Shown here piece by piece: positions 13,862 through 26,762 of a DNA stretch of 64,000 nucleotides (its first letter is position 1; every line of letters begins with the position of its first letter). The position numbers and the translations under genes were made by a program. Below the pieces are notes generated by a model. The model was given only the letters and a program-made list of their open reading frames with translations, searched no databases and was not told where the DNA came from. The DNA comes from Dehalococcoidia bacterium (GTDB taxonomy: Bacteria; Chloroflexota; Dehalococcoidia; UBA2979): NCBI GenBank assembly GCA_965226785.1, contig CBDDEC010000004.1, positions 1,324,521 through 1,388,520 on the forward strand. Direction: 5' to 3'.

Positions 13862-13957
13862 GATCGCGCGGCGCCTGCAATCCGAGCGACGCGTGACAGC
13901 CGGGAGGGCATCAGCGCGTTTCTTGAGAAACGCCCGCCTCAATTCGAGGGGTACTAG
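13862..13957 (+). pseudogene. Remnant 3' end of an enoyl-CoA hydratase gene (…REGISAFLEKRPPQFEGY*)
   Basis: C-terminal crotonase signature, comparable to AEGFSAFVERREPHFEGK at 18500. No upstream body in frame. Abuts IS3 copy 3. Confidence 0.45.
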
Positions 13958-14048
13958 GCCCAACAACGACGGCGCCGGCGTTCGACGGCAGCCTGCCGAA
14001 GGACCACCCGATGCCTATGAACCGCCCCGGGTTTAGTGGAGACTCGGT

Positions 14049-15257
<1,209 letters not shown>

Positions 15258-15393
15258 CGCTCCATCCTCTCAAGGACTGGAGCCTCCAACATCCCGGGGC
15301 GGTTCACCTAAGAGCGGTGGGCAGACCGGGTCGAGAGATTATGCTCGGCGCCACGCCAATCTTTCCCTAGGAAGCGAAGCAGGCAAATCGACG

Positions 15394-16632
15394 TCACCGA
15401 CCTACCGCGTTGCGAACGCGCAAATGAAGCACGCCGCGCAGGTTGAAATGTCGTTTGTATGGCACCTTGCCGAGCTGAGTAATCGCTTCTATGCGGGGAA
15501 ATTCCGCCAACAGTCCACGTACCGCCGCCCTCGTCTCCGCACGAGCTAGGTACTGACCAACACACACATGCGCCCCGACGCCGAAGGCGAGGTGTTTGGC
15601 GCCCGTACGCGCTATCTGAAACTCGTCAGGGTGCGGCCAGACCGCCTCATCACGATTCGCGGAGGCGATCACGGCATACACCATCTCCCCCGGCTTGAAG
15701 GCGTGCCCCCCTAGTTCTGTGTCCTCGATCACCATTCGACTCACAAACTGCACGCTGCTGTCGTAGCGGAGTACCTCCTCGACCATTGAGTCTAGCAATG
15801 AGGGATCGGCGCGAAGCGATCTAAGCTGCTCCGGGTGGCGGAGTAATGCCAGGACGACGTTTCCGATCAGGTTGGTGGTTGTCACATTCCCGCCAACCAA
15901 CAAGAGCTGGATGGTTGCTAGCAGCTCGTCCCCCGTCAGGGCGCCTCCAACGTGGTTCGCTGCGAGTCGACCGATAAGATCAGCGGTTGGCGCGTCTTCG
16001 CGTCTCGCGATTTCTGACGTCAAGAAGTCGCGAAACTCGATCACAGCTTCGTTTCTACCCTGTATCTCCTCTACGCTCGATTCGGGCGTGAATGGGAGTC
16101 CGGACGCCTCCGACCAGCGTTTTAGATCGTCCCGCCGCTCAAGCGGTATCCCGAGCAGCTCCGCGATCACCGTCACCGGCAATGGAACTGCCAGCTCGTT
16201 GATCACGTCGTAGTCGCCACGCTCGCAAGCTCCGGCGAGATATCGCTCTGTCGCCTCTTGAAGGTGTGGCTCAAGCTCAGCGAGCCTCCGTGGCGCAAAA
16301 TCCTGGTCGAGCATGTGCCGAAGGCGCCTGTGCTCGCTACCGTCTGTCGACACCATCGTTTGAGTTGTCCGAGGGACAACCAGCTCTCGGTGCTGACCCG
16401 CCGAGGCTGTCCCGGTCGCAGGTGAGTCGGGTTGCTCTACGCGGGCCGCGTTCGAAAATGTCGCCGATCGCCGTAGCACCTCTCGAACATCGTCGAATCG
16501 CGTGACGATCCAGCCATCATGCTGCTCCGACCAAATGATCGGGGCCTCTCGGCGCATCCGTGCGTACACCGGATGGGGGTCCGATACGAACCGAGAGTCG
16601 AAGATGTCGTACCCGAGATCCTGTGCGATCAC
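15394..16632 (-). CDS. Cytochrome P450
   Basis: Heme-binding loop FGVGAHVCVGQYLA. EXXR present (EEVLRYDS). Likely GTG start at 16632 (VIAQDLGYDIFD...). The ORF track extends to 16731. Confidence 0.85.
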   Translation of the reverse strand: MIAQDLGYDIFDSRFVSDPHPVYARMRREAPIIWSEQHDGWIVTRFDDVREVLRRSATFSNAARVEQPDSPATGTASAGQHRELVVPRTTQTMVSTDGSEHRRLRHMLDQDFAPRRLAELEPHLQEATERYLAGACERGDYDVINELAVPLPVTVIAELLGIPLERRDDLKRWSEASGLPFTPESSVEEIQGRNEAVIEFRDFLTSEIARREDAPTADLIGRLAANHVGGALTGDELLATIQLLLVGGNVTTTNLIGNVVLALLRHPEQLRSLRADPSLLDSMVEEVLRYDSSVQFVSRMVIEDTELGGHAFKPGEMVYAVIASANRDEAVWPHPDEFQIARTGAKHLAFGVGAHVCVGQYLARAETRAAVRGLLAEFPRIEAITQLGKVPYKRHFNLRGVLHLRVRNAVGR

Positions 16633-16796
16633 ACATTCGCCTCCTGAGAACTGGCGACCTCGCAACGAAACGCGACAACGACGCGGATTTGCCGTCGCTA
16701 CGGCGGGTCGCTCTGGTCTCCTCGAGCTCAACGTCGACGTAGTGAATCTTATGCAAGTTCAGCGCTTGGCGTTGTCCGCGGCCCCGCGAGCATCAC

Positions 16797-17096
16797 ATGC
16801 TTATCGGAGGCCACTCATTCGACGATCTGACGTACGAACAAGTCTCCGGGCGTGGGGTGATCTACTCCTGGGAGCGCTCCTGGTATCCCGTGCACCCGGC
16901 GCTGGCCGAGCGGCTGCCGTATATCGTCGTGCTGGTCGAGCTGCTGGACGCGGGCAACGTGCGCATGGTCGGCAATCTCCTTGGCGACCCCGGGCAGGAG
17001 GTGCCGATCAGCGCCGACGTCGAGGCGGTGTTCGAGGACCACGAAGACATCGACGAGCCATACACGCTCGTTCAGTGGAGGCTCGTCGAAGGCTGA
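16797..17096 (+). CDS. DUF35 OB-fold domain protein (N-terminal Zn-ribbon apparently missing)
   Basis: GVIYSWERSWYP...PYIVVLVELLDAGNVRMVGNLLG...VEAVFED is typical of the OB-fold half of DUF35/ChsH2-like proteins. Only 99 aa, and no CxxC rubredoxin-like part. Confidence 0.5.
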   Translation: MLIGGHSFDDLTYEQVSGRGVIYSWERSWYPVHPALAERLPYIVVLVELLDAGNVRMVGNLLGDPGQEVPISADVEAVFEDHEDIDEPYTLVQWRLVEG

Positions 17097-17731
17097 GCCC
17101 TTCGTTGAGGCCGGCGCGACGTAATCTCCCGATGCGTGCCCCCACATGGATGACTGTCGCGTTCCCGTAACCCTCACATGGAGCCCACGTGCCTCATGGA
17201 TGGACTCGGTCCCGACCGGCTCGATCTCGCTTTACACGCGTTAGCTCGGCGAAGGCGCGGGTGGTCGCTTCTCAATCTGACGATGTCACCCGCGGTAATC
17301 TTTCCTTCTGCGGCGCATCTGTAAGACTTGCGCATGCTTGTTACGGGCTGCCATGAAAACGCAAGGGCCGAGAAACTCGGCCCTCACGCCCCAGAAGGAA
17401 CTGGCACGCCAACGATCGGGGAAGACGCTATCACAGCCCGTAGGTGTCCCACGCGCACGCCGGGTGAGTCAGGCCCTGGCTTTCTCAAGCGGTCATTTTC
17501 AAGCGTTGCGAGCCGTTCGCTCGCCGCAACCGATGTCTAGTCACGATACGGTGCGCGCAGCAAGATGATGGCGCGGCTAGCCGCGATGTTGCCGGGCCGA
17601 CATGAACAGAGTCCGCGACTTCGAGCTACACTCGCGGCTGCTTGCCTTGACAATTTGGCATGGCGGGAAGGCTTTAGCGACCTGCGACGCGCGCCATCGT
17701 AGGAAGGACTCGGCAGATCCGGAGGAAGTGC

Positions 17732-18547
17732 ATGTCCAACATCGAGACCCAGGACGGCGATGTACTAGTGAATGTAGACGAAGGCGTGATGCTCGTCACG
17801 CTAAATCGTCCGGAGAAGATGAACGCCATGGGCGGGAGCCTGATCGCTGATCTGTTGGCGGCGATCGGAGCGGCTTCCGAAGACGACGACGTCCGAGCCT
17901 TAGTGCTGACCGGTGCTGGACGTGCATTCTGCGCAGGCGCCGAGGTCACTCAGGATCGTGATCCCTCGACCGGACGTTCGACGGTGTCCAGATACCGGCG
18001 GCTCGATCATCGTTCGAGTTCGGCGGCCACTGCAGAGGCGTTCGCGACCTCTGACGTCCCGATTATTGGAGCGATCAACGGCCCCGCGGTCGGAGCAGGG
18101 TTTGGGATCGCAATGTGCTGCGACGTTCGTTTCATGGGTGCCAGCGCGCGGCTCGGGCCGATCTTCATCAAACGTGGATTGGCCTCAGATTTCGGTGCCT
18201 CATATTGGCTTCCACGGCTGGTGGGCCCAGCGCGAGCTTACGAGATCTTCTACGACGGAGGGCCCCTCCCCGCGGATAAAGCGCTCGAACTGGGCGTTGT
18301 GCAGCGCGTTTATCCAGACGCTCAGCTCCTTGGAGAGACGCTCGCATATGCGAGGAAGGTGGCGGCTGGTCCGCCGCTTGCGACGACGTATATCCGTCAT
18401 CTGGTCGCGCGCTCGCTTGATACGCCACTTAGAGAGTTCCTCGAAACCGAGTGGTCCTGGCAGTCGAACCTTCTAAAGACAGCGGACGCAGCCGAAGGCT
18501 TCAGCGCGTTCGTTGAACGCCGGGAACCGCATTTCGAGGGGAAGTGA
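17732..18547 (+). CDS. Enoyl-CoA hydratase/isomerase (crotonase) family protein
   Basis: LNRPEKMNAM...LTGAGRAFCAGAEV...C-term AEGFSAFVERREPHFEGK. RBS GGAGGA upstream. Confidence 0.85.
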   Translation: MSNIETQDGDVLVNVDEGVMLVTLNRPEKMNAMGGSLIADLLAAIGAASEDDDVRALVLTGAGRAFCAGAEVTQDRDPSTGRSTVSRYRRLDHRSSSAATAEAFATSDVPIIGAINGPAVGAGFGIAMCCDVRFMGASARLGPIFIKRGLASDFGASYWLPRLVGPARAYEIFYDGGPLPADKALELGVVQRVYPDAQLLGETLAYARKVAAGPPLATTYIRHLVARSLDTPLREFLETEWSWQSNLLKTADAAEGFSAFVERREPHFEGK

Positions 18548-18819
18548 CACGCCGGTCGGCGGGGGATGCGCCCGCGATGTCGAGACGCGTTGCATCAAAG
18601 TGACGGCCCCGCTACGCGGTTGGACGCAGCCCATGCCTACGAAGAAGAGAAGGATGACGATGAACGGCCCCTCGTCCATGAGGCTCACACTGACTCGGAA
18701 AGGTTGACCAGAGACGAAGACCGAGCTCCGGTTCCGGCGCGAGAGGAGCCGAAGGGATCGGCGGTCCGAGTTGTTCGCCCCGGCGCTCTGCCGATGAGGG
18801 CCAGTACGGAGGGATTCCG

Positions 18820-19056
18820 ATGGCACAAGCGAGTGATGTCGAGGCGACGGTGCGCGCTCTCTTGGAGGCGGCCGGGATTCCGGCGAGTGCTGAGGAGTTG
18901 GCGAAGTTCGTCGAGATGTACCCGGCGCTGCGCGCGTGGGCAGACCGTCTGTATGGCGACGAGTGGCGCACTGCGGAGCCAGCGCTGTCGTTCACGCCGA
19001 TTGCACCTGGTCAGCCGGGACCGAGCGATCTAGGTGGCCCTGAGGCCGAGGCGTAG
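18820..19056 (+). CDS. Small (78 aa) acidic protein translationally coupled to the amidase; possible GatC/AtzG(DUF4089)-like partner subunit
   Basis: RBS GGAGGG 7 nt upstream. Its stop is 7 nt before the amidase GTG start. Helical, with Glu/Ala-rich N-terminus. Confidence 0.45.
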   Translation: MAQASDVEATVRALLEAAGIPASAEELAKFVEMYPALRAWADRLYGDEWRTAEPALSFTPIAPGQPGPSDLGGPEAEA

Positions 19057-19062
19057 AGAGCA

Positions 19063-20475
19063 GTGACGCTTCCGCCGACGATCGAACGGGCCGCTGCCGC
19101 GCTGCGAGCTGACGAAGTGACCAGCGTTGAGCTGACGGAGGCGGCGCTGGCCCGCGTCGCCGCGCTGGACGGCCAGCTGGGCGCGTTCCTGGCGGTGAAC
19201 GAGGGCGCGCGAGCGCAGGCGGCTGAGGCTGATGCCGCCTTCGCGGCCGGCACCGATCGAGGGCCGCTCCAGGGCATCCCGTTTGGGATCAAGGATTTGC
19301 TCGCGACGCGCGATCAGCCGACGACGGCGAATTCGCTGATCCTCGACCCAGCATGGGGTGACGGCTTCGACTCAGTGGTGAGCGAGCGCCTACGCGCGGG
19401 CGGCGCTGTGATCATGGGCAAGCTCGTGTTGTCCGAGTTCGCGATTGGCGCGCCGGACCCAGAGAAGCCGTTCCCGATTCCGCACAACCCGTGGGACCTC
19501 GAGCGGACACCGGGCGGGTCATCCTCCGGCACGGGGATCGCTGTCTCGACCGGGATGGTGCTTGGGGGCATCGGGACCGACACGGGGGGCTCGGTCCGCG
19601 GCCCGGCGGCGTTCAACGGGCTCAGCGGGCTCAAGGTGACGTTCGGACGCGTACCGAAGTGGGGCTGTGTACCGCTCGGGTACACGCTCGATTCGATCGG
19701 GCCGATGGCTCGATCAGCGTGGGACTGCGCGGCGATCCTGAACGTGATCGCCGGCTACGACGCGCGTGACTTCACCGCGTCAACTGAGCCTGTCGATGAC
19801 TACGTGGAGGGGATCAGCGCAGGCATCGGCGGGCTGCGCGTTGGCGTGCCGACCGGGTACTTCTTCGATCACCCCGAGTTGCAGGACGGCCAGAAAGAAG
19901 CGGTCGAGGCGGTGATCGCGAAACTCGAGGACCTGGGAGCAGATGTGCGCGAGGTGGACCTCCCGCACTCCGACCTCGCGAGGGAGGCGAACACGGTCAC
20001 GATGCTGAGCGAGGCGCTGGCCTATCACGGACCCGACATGGGCAGCGAGCGATGGAGCGAGTACGGCTCGAGCACGCGGATGAGGGTCGGGCGGGCGGCG
20101 CTGTTCTCCGCCTCGGACTATGTACAGGCGCAGCGTTTCCGCAGTTGGTACGCGCGGGAGGCCTCGAGGGTGATGGCGGAGGTCGACGTGCTCGTCACGC
20201 CGACAGGCCCGGATACTGCGCCGCTGGCCTCGGCGATGACAGACCCGGCACTATCGTTCACGCAGCCCAGCTTCACGGCGCCATTCAGCCTCCTAGGGTA
20301 CCCGGCGCTGGCGATTCCCGCGGGCTTCTCCGATGGAGGGCTGCCGTTCTCCGCACAGATTGTGGGCGCGCCGTTTGCTGAGGCGCTCCTGTTACGGGCT
20401 GGGCACGTGTACCAGCAGGAGACAGACTGGCACCTCCGGGTGCCGCCGATAGTCGAACAGAGTGCGGTTGACTAG
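19063..20475 (+). CDS. Amidase (amidase-signature family)
   Basis: AS-family Gly/Ser-rich motif GGSSSGTGIAVSTGMVLGGIGTDTGGSVRGPA and Ser-cisSer-Lys context. 470 aa. Confidence 0.85.
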   Translation: MTLPPTIERAAAALRADEVTSVELTEAALARVAALDGQLGAFLAVNEGARAQAAEADAAFAAGTDRGPLQGIPFGIKDLLATRDQPTTANSLILDPAWGDGFDSVVSERLRAGGAVIMGKLVLSEFAIGAPDPEKPFPIPHNPWDLERTPGGSSSGTGIAVSTGMVLGGIGTDTGGSVRGPAAFNGLSGLKVTFGRVPKWGCVPLGYTLDSIGPMARSAWDCAAILNVIAGYDARDFTASTEPVDDYVEGISAGIGGLRVGVPTGYFFDHPELQDGQKEAVEAVIAKLEDLGADVREVDLPHSDLAREANTVTMLSEALAYHGPDMGSERWSEYGSSTRMRVGRAALFSASDYVQAQRFRSWYAREASRVMAEVDVLVTPTGPDTAPLASAMTDPALSFTQPSFTAPFSLLGYPALAIPAGFSDGGLPFSAQIVGAPFAEALLLRAGHVYQQETDWHLRVPPIVEQSAVD

Positions 20476-20964
20476 GCACCCCGGGCAGCCGCACCCGAAG
20501 GGCAGTACGAGCCTCCTGCAGGTCGGAGCCCCCTCCCCCCGCCACCCAGGTAATATGCGCCCCTCGGTCGAGAGGGGACCGTAATGCTTCTTGGCATGTC
20601 TCTGAGGCGATCTTGCTGTGCCTCGGGCTGGTTGTCGGTTGTGGGGATGACGACGCCTCCGGCTTCGATCTCGCGCGGTGGTGCCCCCTAGGCGACGAGG
20701 TGGACCGGCAGGCGAGCACCGGAATGGTCGAGTCAACCCTTGTCGATGGCTGGGTCGATGCTGCCCCTCCGGAGATTGCCGATAGCACCGAACAGGCTCG
20801 TCGCTGCCTCTCCATGAGACCGGAACAGGCTGCGGCAGACCCGGAGTTCGCCAGCTCTCGCACAGAGCTGACGACTGCGTTTCGCTGCTCCTCGGCGCTC
20901 CCCTGAACCTCCTGTAGTAACATCCCGGGACTGCGCGCAATCGAGCGTTGGGAGGCCGAGCCGG

Positions 20965-23184
20965 ATGGAACAGACCGATTCTGACCAGGGCTTTGAAGGA
21001 GTCATCGGCCGATACGCCAGCGAGTCGATCCCCTCATGGCCACGACCCGTAGAAGCTAAGCCGGGTAGTCCAAACTTTCTCGTGATCGTTTTGGACGATG
21101 TCGGTTTCGCCCACTTGGGTTGCTATGGATCGCCGATCGAGACCCCGAACATGGACCGACTCGCTCGACGAGGCCTCCTCTACGCTAACTTCCACGCTCC
21201 ACCCATCTGCGGGCCTTCGCGAGCAAGCCTGATGACCGGTCGGAATCACCACGCCGTTGGAATGGGACACAATCCCAACTGGGATTCGGGCTTCCCGAAC
21301 GGTAAGGGGGCCATCTCGCCTACTGCGGCGACAATGGCGGAAATCTTGAAGTCGAACGGATATAGCACTTTCGCTATCGGCAAGTGGCACCTGGCTCCCC
21401 TTGCTGAGACATCAGCGGCCGGTCCCTTTCATAACTGGCCTCTGCAGAAAGGCTTCGAGCGATACTACGGCTTCCTCGACGCGCTTACCGATCAATTCGA
21501 GCCCGATCTCTCGGAAGACAACCACCGTCGGCCGCGTCCGATTGGTACTGAGTACCATTTAAGCGAAGATTTGGTGAACCAAAGCATCGCGATGCTCCGC
21601 AATCAGCGATCACTAATGCCGAACAAACCGTTCCTGCTTTATCTCGCCTTTGGTGCGTGCCACGCGCCGCTGCAGGCGCCTCCTCACTGGATCGCAAAGT
21701 ACCGCGGACGATTCGACCGTGGATGGGACTCAATTCGAGAGGATGTATACAGACGCCAGATTGACTTGGGCGTGATCCCACCCGACACAGCACTTGCGCC
21801 ACGAAACGATGGCGTGCGCCCTTGGGACGATCTGCCTGTCGACGATCAGCATGTCGCCGCCCGCCTCCAAGAGGCGTTCGCGGGAATGCTCGACCATACT
21901 GACGCGCAAATCGGCCGGCTCGTGGAGTACCTCGACGCTACCGGTGACTTCGAGAACACGGTCACGATCCTAGTGTCGGACAATGGCGCTAAAGCCGGTT
22001 CGCCCCAGGGCAAGTTCATTGACAACTACAATCCGGTCCAAGTAGATGCTTCCGCGGGCCACGGGAACATCGAGAAGATCGGTGGACCTGACTCTCATTC
22101 GGTCTCGGCGCGTGGTTGGTCTCAAGTCGGCAACACTCCGCTTAAGCGGTACAAAATCAACACTCACGGAGGGGGCGTTCGCGTCCCGATGATTATGTGC
22201 TGGCCGGCGCGGATCGATGACGCTGGTTCCATCCGAAGACAGTTCCATCATATGATCGACATCACGCCAACAATTCTAGATATCATAGGCGTCGAGGCAC
22301 CCATTATATACCAAGGGATCGCGCAGATGCCGCTCCATGGTACGCCGATGACGTATACTTTCGACGACGACAATCGACCCACCACTAACCGCACTCAATA
22401 TTTCGAAACGGCGGGGCATCGCGCTATCTGGCAAGAGGGCTGGAAGGCGGTCGCCTACCATGACCCCGACGCCGATTTCGAAGAGGATCAGTGGGAACTC
22501 TACCATCTTGATGCCGACTTCTCTGAAGGACAAGACCTAGCTACGGAGCATCCGACAAGGCTTCAGGAGTTGCGAGACAAATGGTGGAGTGAAGCCGAAC
22601 GTTATGATGTCATGCCGCTAGACACGAAGCTTGACGGTCGGATCTCCCTACCGCCATCACCCGGCACGCCTGCCGAGCACGTCCGATTCCGTCTCTATGC
22701 AGGTATCGATCACATTCCAACAAACGCAGCCCCGGACACTCGCAATCGATCCTATAAGATCAGTGCCGCCATTGAGCGCACCAGTCCGGATGACGATGGA
22801 GTCATTGTTGCGAGGGGGGGTATCACCGGTGGTTACAGTCTATACGTTCAGAATCGTCGACTTATTTTCGAGTACAATCATGCACCGGGCCGCTACCGAG
22901 TCGTCTCTCGATCGGAGGTCGCAGTAGGTCGAAGCGCCGTCGCGATCGACTTTGCTAAGACTGGCGATCTTAGCGGGGAAGCGAGCCTGTACATCGACGA
23001 TGTACAAGTTGGTTCGGGGGTGATCGCGCGTACACTTGCGGGCTTGGTTGCGATCGAAGGTCTCGATATCGGCCAGGATTCGAAGACCTCGGTGAGTGAT
23101 CATTATCGTGCGCCGTTTCCGTTTCAGGGGACGATTCATTACGTCGACTTCGAGCTCGGCGACGACCAGAGCGAGCCTTCTTAG
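20965..23184 (+). CDS. Arylsulfatase (formylglycine-dependent sulfatase), long form
   Basis: Sulfatase signature C-x-P-S-R (PICGPSRASLMTGR). Metal-binding LVIVLDDVGF. 739 aa. Confidence 0.85.
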   Translation: MEQTDSDQGFEGVIGRYASESIPSWPRPVEAKPGSPNFLVIVLDDVGFAHLGCYGSPIETPNMDRLARRGLLYANFHAPPICGPSRASLMTGRNHHAVGMGHNPNWDSGFPNGKGAISPTAATMAEILKSNGYSTFAIGKWHLAPLAETSAAGPFHNWPLQKGFERYYGFLDALTDQFEPDLSEDNHRRPRPIGTEYHLSEDLVNQSIAMLRNQRSLMPNKPFLLYLAFGACHAPLQAPPHWIAKYRGRFDRGWDSIREDVYRRQIDLGVIPPDTALAPRNDGVRPWDDLPVDDQHVAARLQEAFAGMLDHTDAQIGRLVEYLDATGDFENTVTILVSDNGAKAGSPQGKFIDNYNPVQVDASAGHGNIEKIGGPDSHSVSARGWSQVGNTPLKRYKINTHGGGVRVPMIMCWPARIDDAGSIRRQFHHMIDITPTILDIIGVEAPIIYQGIAQMPLHGTPMTYTFDDDNRPTTNRTQYFETAGHRAIWQEGWKAVAYHDPDADFEEDQWELYHLDADFSEGQDLATEHPTRLQELRDKWWSEAERYDVMPLDTKLDGRISLPPSPGTPAEHVRFRLYAGIDHIPTNAAPDTRNRSYKISAAIERTSPDDDGVIVARGGITGGYSLYVQNRRLIFEYNHAPGRYRVVSRSEVAVGRSAVAIDFAKTGDLSGEASLYIDDVQVGSGVIARTLAGLVAIEGLDIGQDSKTSVSDHYRAPFPFQGTIHYVDFELGDDQSEPS

Positions 23185-23249
23185 CCACCGATAAAACGCG
23201 CTGTTATCGCGATCACGATGCACTTCACTGCAATCTCAAAGGGTACCGC

Positions 23250-23300
23250 GTGATCGCACAGGATCTCGAATACGACATCTTCGATCCCCGGTTCGTCTGC
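23250..23300 (+). pseudogene. Orphan 5' fragment of a P450 gene (VIAQDLEYDIFDPRFV)
   Basis: About 80% nucleotide identity to the 5' end of the P450 at 16632. No continuation downstream. Confidence 0.4.
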
Positions 23301-23557
23301 CGGCCGCGTGTCGTTACGCTTACCCCTCCGTTACACCTACACCACGCGCGAGCTGATTGGGCTGGGTCGGACCGGGAATCGATCGCTCGGTGGCGACGGC
23401 CCCGCGCGTGATTCTTGAACCGTGGGGCTCCCCGCCGTTACACAGCACGCGAGCTGAGTGTGGTGATCGCGGATCCGCCGCCGGGATGAGGATGTCACGA
23501 CGCGGTGGCAGTTCACACCCGCTCGACAGGAACGGCTGCGCGTAGAACTCACTGCGA

Positions 23558-24481
23558 TCATCCTTCGTCGTTCGGCATGAACGGGTTGCTCAGCAGCGGC
23601 CCAAGCGAGCGTGGGAAGACCTCAAACATCTCATCCGCCGTCCAGCTGTCACCGCGAGCGAACGCTCGAGCCTCGATCACCGGCTGGGTGTAGAGCCCCA
23701 CCTCACGACCCCGGATCGCGAAGTCGCGACCGTTGACGTTCTGTGCTTCGTCCGATGCCAAGTAGACAATCAGCTGGGCAATTGAGTTGGGGTCCATAGC
23801 CGCCATGCCCCCGGCGCTAGCACGAGACTCACCGCGCGCCTCGGCCGCCTGGCGCGCAGCCTCCATCTCGGGCGACAGTGTGAGGCGGGTTGCCGCCGCC
23901 GGGCGGATCGCATTGCAGGTCACGCCGTATCGCCCGAGGTCACGCGCGACAGTCCGGGTGATCCCGATGATGCCCTCTTTCGCTGCCGAGTAGTTCGTCT
24001 GCCCGGCGTTCCCGAGCCCCGAGCTGGAGCTCGTATTGATGATCCGGCCCGCGCGCTGCTGTCGCATGACCACGGAGGCGTGCTTGATCATGTTGAAGGT
24101 TCCCGTGAGGTGCACCGCAATTACGATGTCCCACTCTTCCTTCGTCATGTTGAACACCATGCGGTCGCGCAGGATGCCCGCGTTGTTGACGAGGATATCG
24201 AGGCCGCCAAACTCGGCGAGCGCCTGCTTGACCATCTCGGCACAGGCGTCGAAGTCGGAGACATCCGAGTAGTTCGCCACTGCGCGACCACCGCTGGCCA
24301 CGATCTCTTCTACGATCTCCTGCGCCGGAGCTTGGTCGGCCCCCTCACCAGCGGTCGATCCGCCGAGGTCGTTGACGACGACCGCCGCGCCTTCGGCCGC
24401 CAGCGCCAGCGCTTCGGCGCGGCCTATGCCTCGGCCCGCCCCAGTGACGATCGCGGTCTTGCCATCCAGTCGAGCTGCCAT
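23558..24481 (-). CDS. SDR-family oxidoreductase (3-oxoacyl-ACP reductase-like)
   Basis: TGAGRGIGRA and NNAGI motifs, plus the YxxxK region NYSAAKEG. RBS GGAGG sits 7 nt before the ATG at 24481. The ORF track's longer N-terminal extension is probably not translated. Confidence 0.8.
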   Translation of the reverse strand: MAARLDGKTAIVTGAGRGIGRAEALALAAEGAAVVVNDLGGSTAGEGADQAPAQEIVEEIVASGGRAVANYSDVSDFDACAEMVKQALAEFGGLDILVNNAGILRDRMVFNMTKEEWDIVIAVHLTGTFNMIKHASVVMRQQRAGRIINTSSSSGLGNAGQTNYSAAKEGIIGITRTVARDLGRYGVTCNAIRPAAATRLTLSPEMEAARQAAEARGESRASAGGMAAMDPNSIAQLIVYLASDEAQNVNGRDFAIRGREVGLYTQPVIEARAFARGDSWTADEMFEVFPRSLGPLLSNPFMPNDEG

Positions 24482-24600
24482 GTTCGAGCCCTCCTCCGCT
24501 GGCGCGCGCCTCGAACGCTCGGCGAGGTTGAGACTCGGCGCGCTACTTGGCTGCCTCCCCTCTATATCATTCCCATCGTTCACGGTGCCACATTGGTTGA

Positions 24601-24622
24601 TGACGTTCGGCAAGTGCCGTCA
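24601..24622. promoter_or_regulatory. Palindromic candidate operator TGACG-N12-CGTCA in the SDR promoter region
   Basis: Perfect 5-bp inverted repeat, 120 bp upstream of the SDR start. The same sequence is retained in the duplicated promoter fragment at 30661-30682. Confidence 0.3.
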
Positions 24623-25219
24623 GCATTCTTCCGGCTGGTGGCCAGCCACGTTCGTAGTGGGAGCCGACGACTTCCTCGCCGTTTAGGCGGGCCGAACCGC
24701 GCGGTGTCAAGTGCCTCCTGGCAGCGCCATCATCCACTCAGCGTCACTCCCCGCGCCTGGCGAGTCCCCCCCCCCGATTGAACAGATGGAAACCGGAGGC
24801 GAACCGACAAGAGGCGTCGTAGCCCACGCGGGGGCAAATCCGAGTCTTGTGGTCCCACAGCTTCACGCCCTTCGACGACCTCAACGTATCCGACCGATCC
24901 AGTGGCCGCTCGCCGCGTGCTGGCGTCCGCAAGCGCGAGGTCGGGGACTACGGCATCGTGGAGTGCGAGATTGGCCTGCGTAATGATGACGGACAGGAAA
25001 CACTCCCGGCAGCGCCACGGTGGTGCTTCCGCTGGGGGACGGTAAGCCGATCCCCTATCCGTTCGTCCTACCCGTTGAGAGCTGATGCTTCGGTCGATGC
25101 TGCAAAAGCATCTCTGAGTAAAGAGTTGGATCGTGTCGGAGGTAGAGTTGCGGGACGGAGCAAATCACTCTCGCCCCGCCACGAGGAGTGAACCGCCCCG
25201 GGTTTAGTGGAGACTCGGT

Positions 25220-26427
<1,208 letters not shown>

Positions 26428-26489
26428 CGCTCCATCCTCTCAAGGACTGGAGCCTCCAACATTCCCGGGGCGGTTCAGAGATAGTCATG

Positions 26490-26760
26490 GCACGTCAGTG
26501 GGCGAGGGTCGAGATCACCGAAGAGGGCATGCGTGAGGGCATGCAGATCGAGGATTCGAACATCTCGGTCGAGGACAAGATTCGGCTACTCGACGCACTC
26601 TCGGAAACGGGGCCTCAACGATCTCCGTTGGCTCGTTCGTGAGCCCGCGGTACACGCCACAGATGGCGAACATCGATGAAATCGTCAGTGGCTTCCGCCC
26701 GAGCGAGCGCGTGACCTATACCTCGCTGGCACTGAACGAGCGAGGCGTGCAGCGCGCCCG
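26490..26760 (+). pseudogene. HMG-CoA lyase-like (HMGL-like) gene fragment, 5' cut by IS3 copy 4, frameshifted
   Basis: Two frames read VEITEEGMREGMQIEDSNISVEDKIRLLDALSETG and then SPRYTPQMANIDEIVSGF...LALNERGVQRA. These match the conserved HMGL N-terminal region. Confidence 0.5.
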
Positions 26761-26762
26761 CG

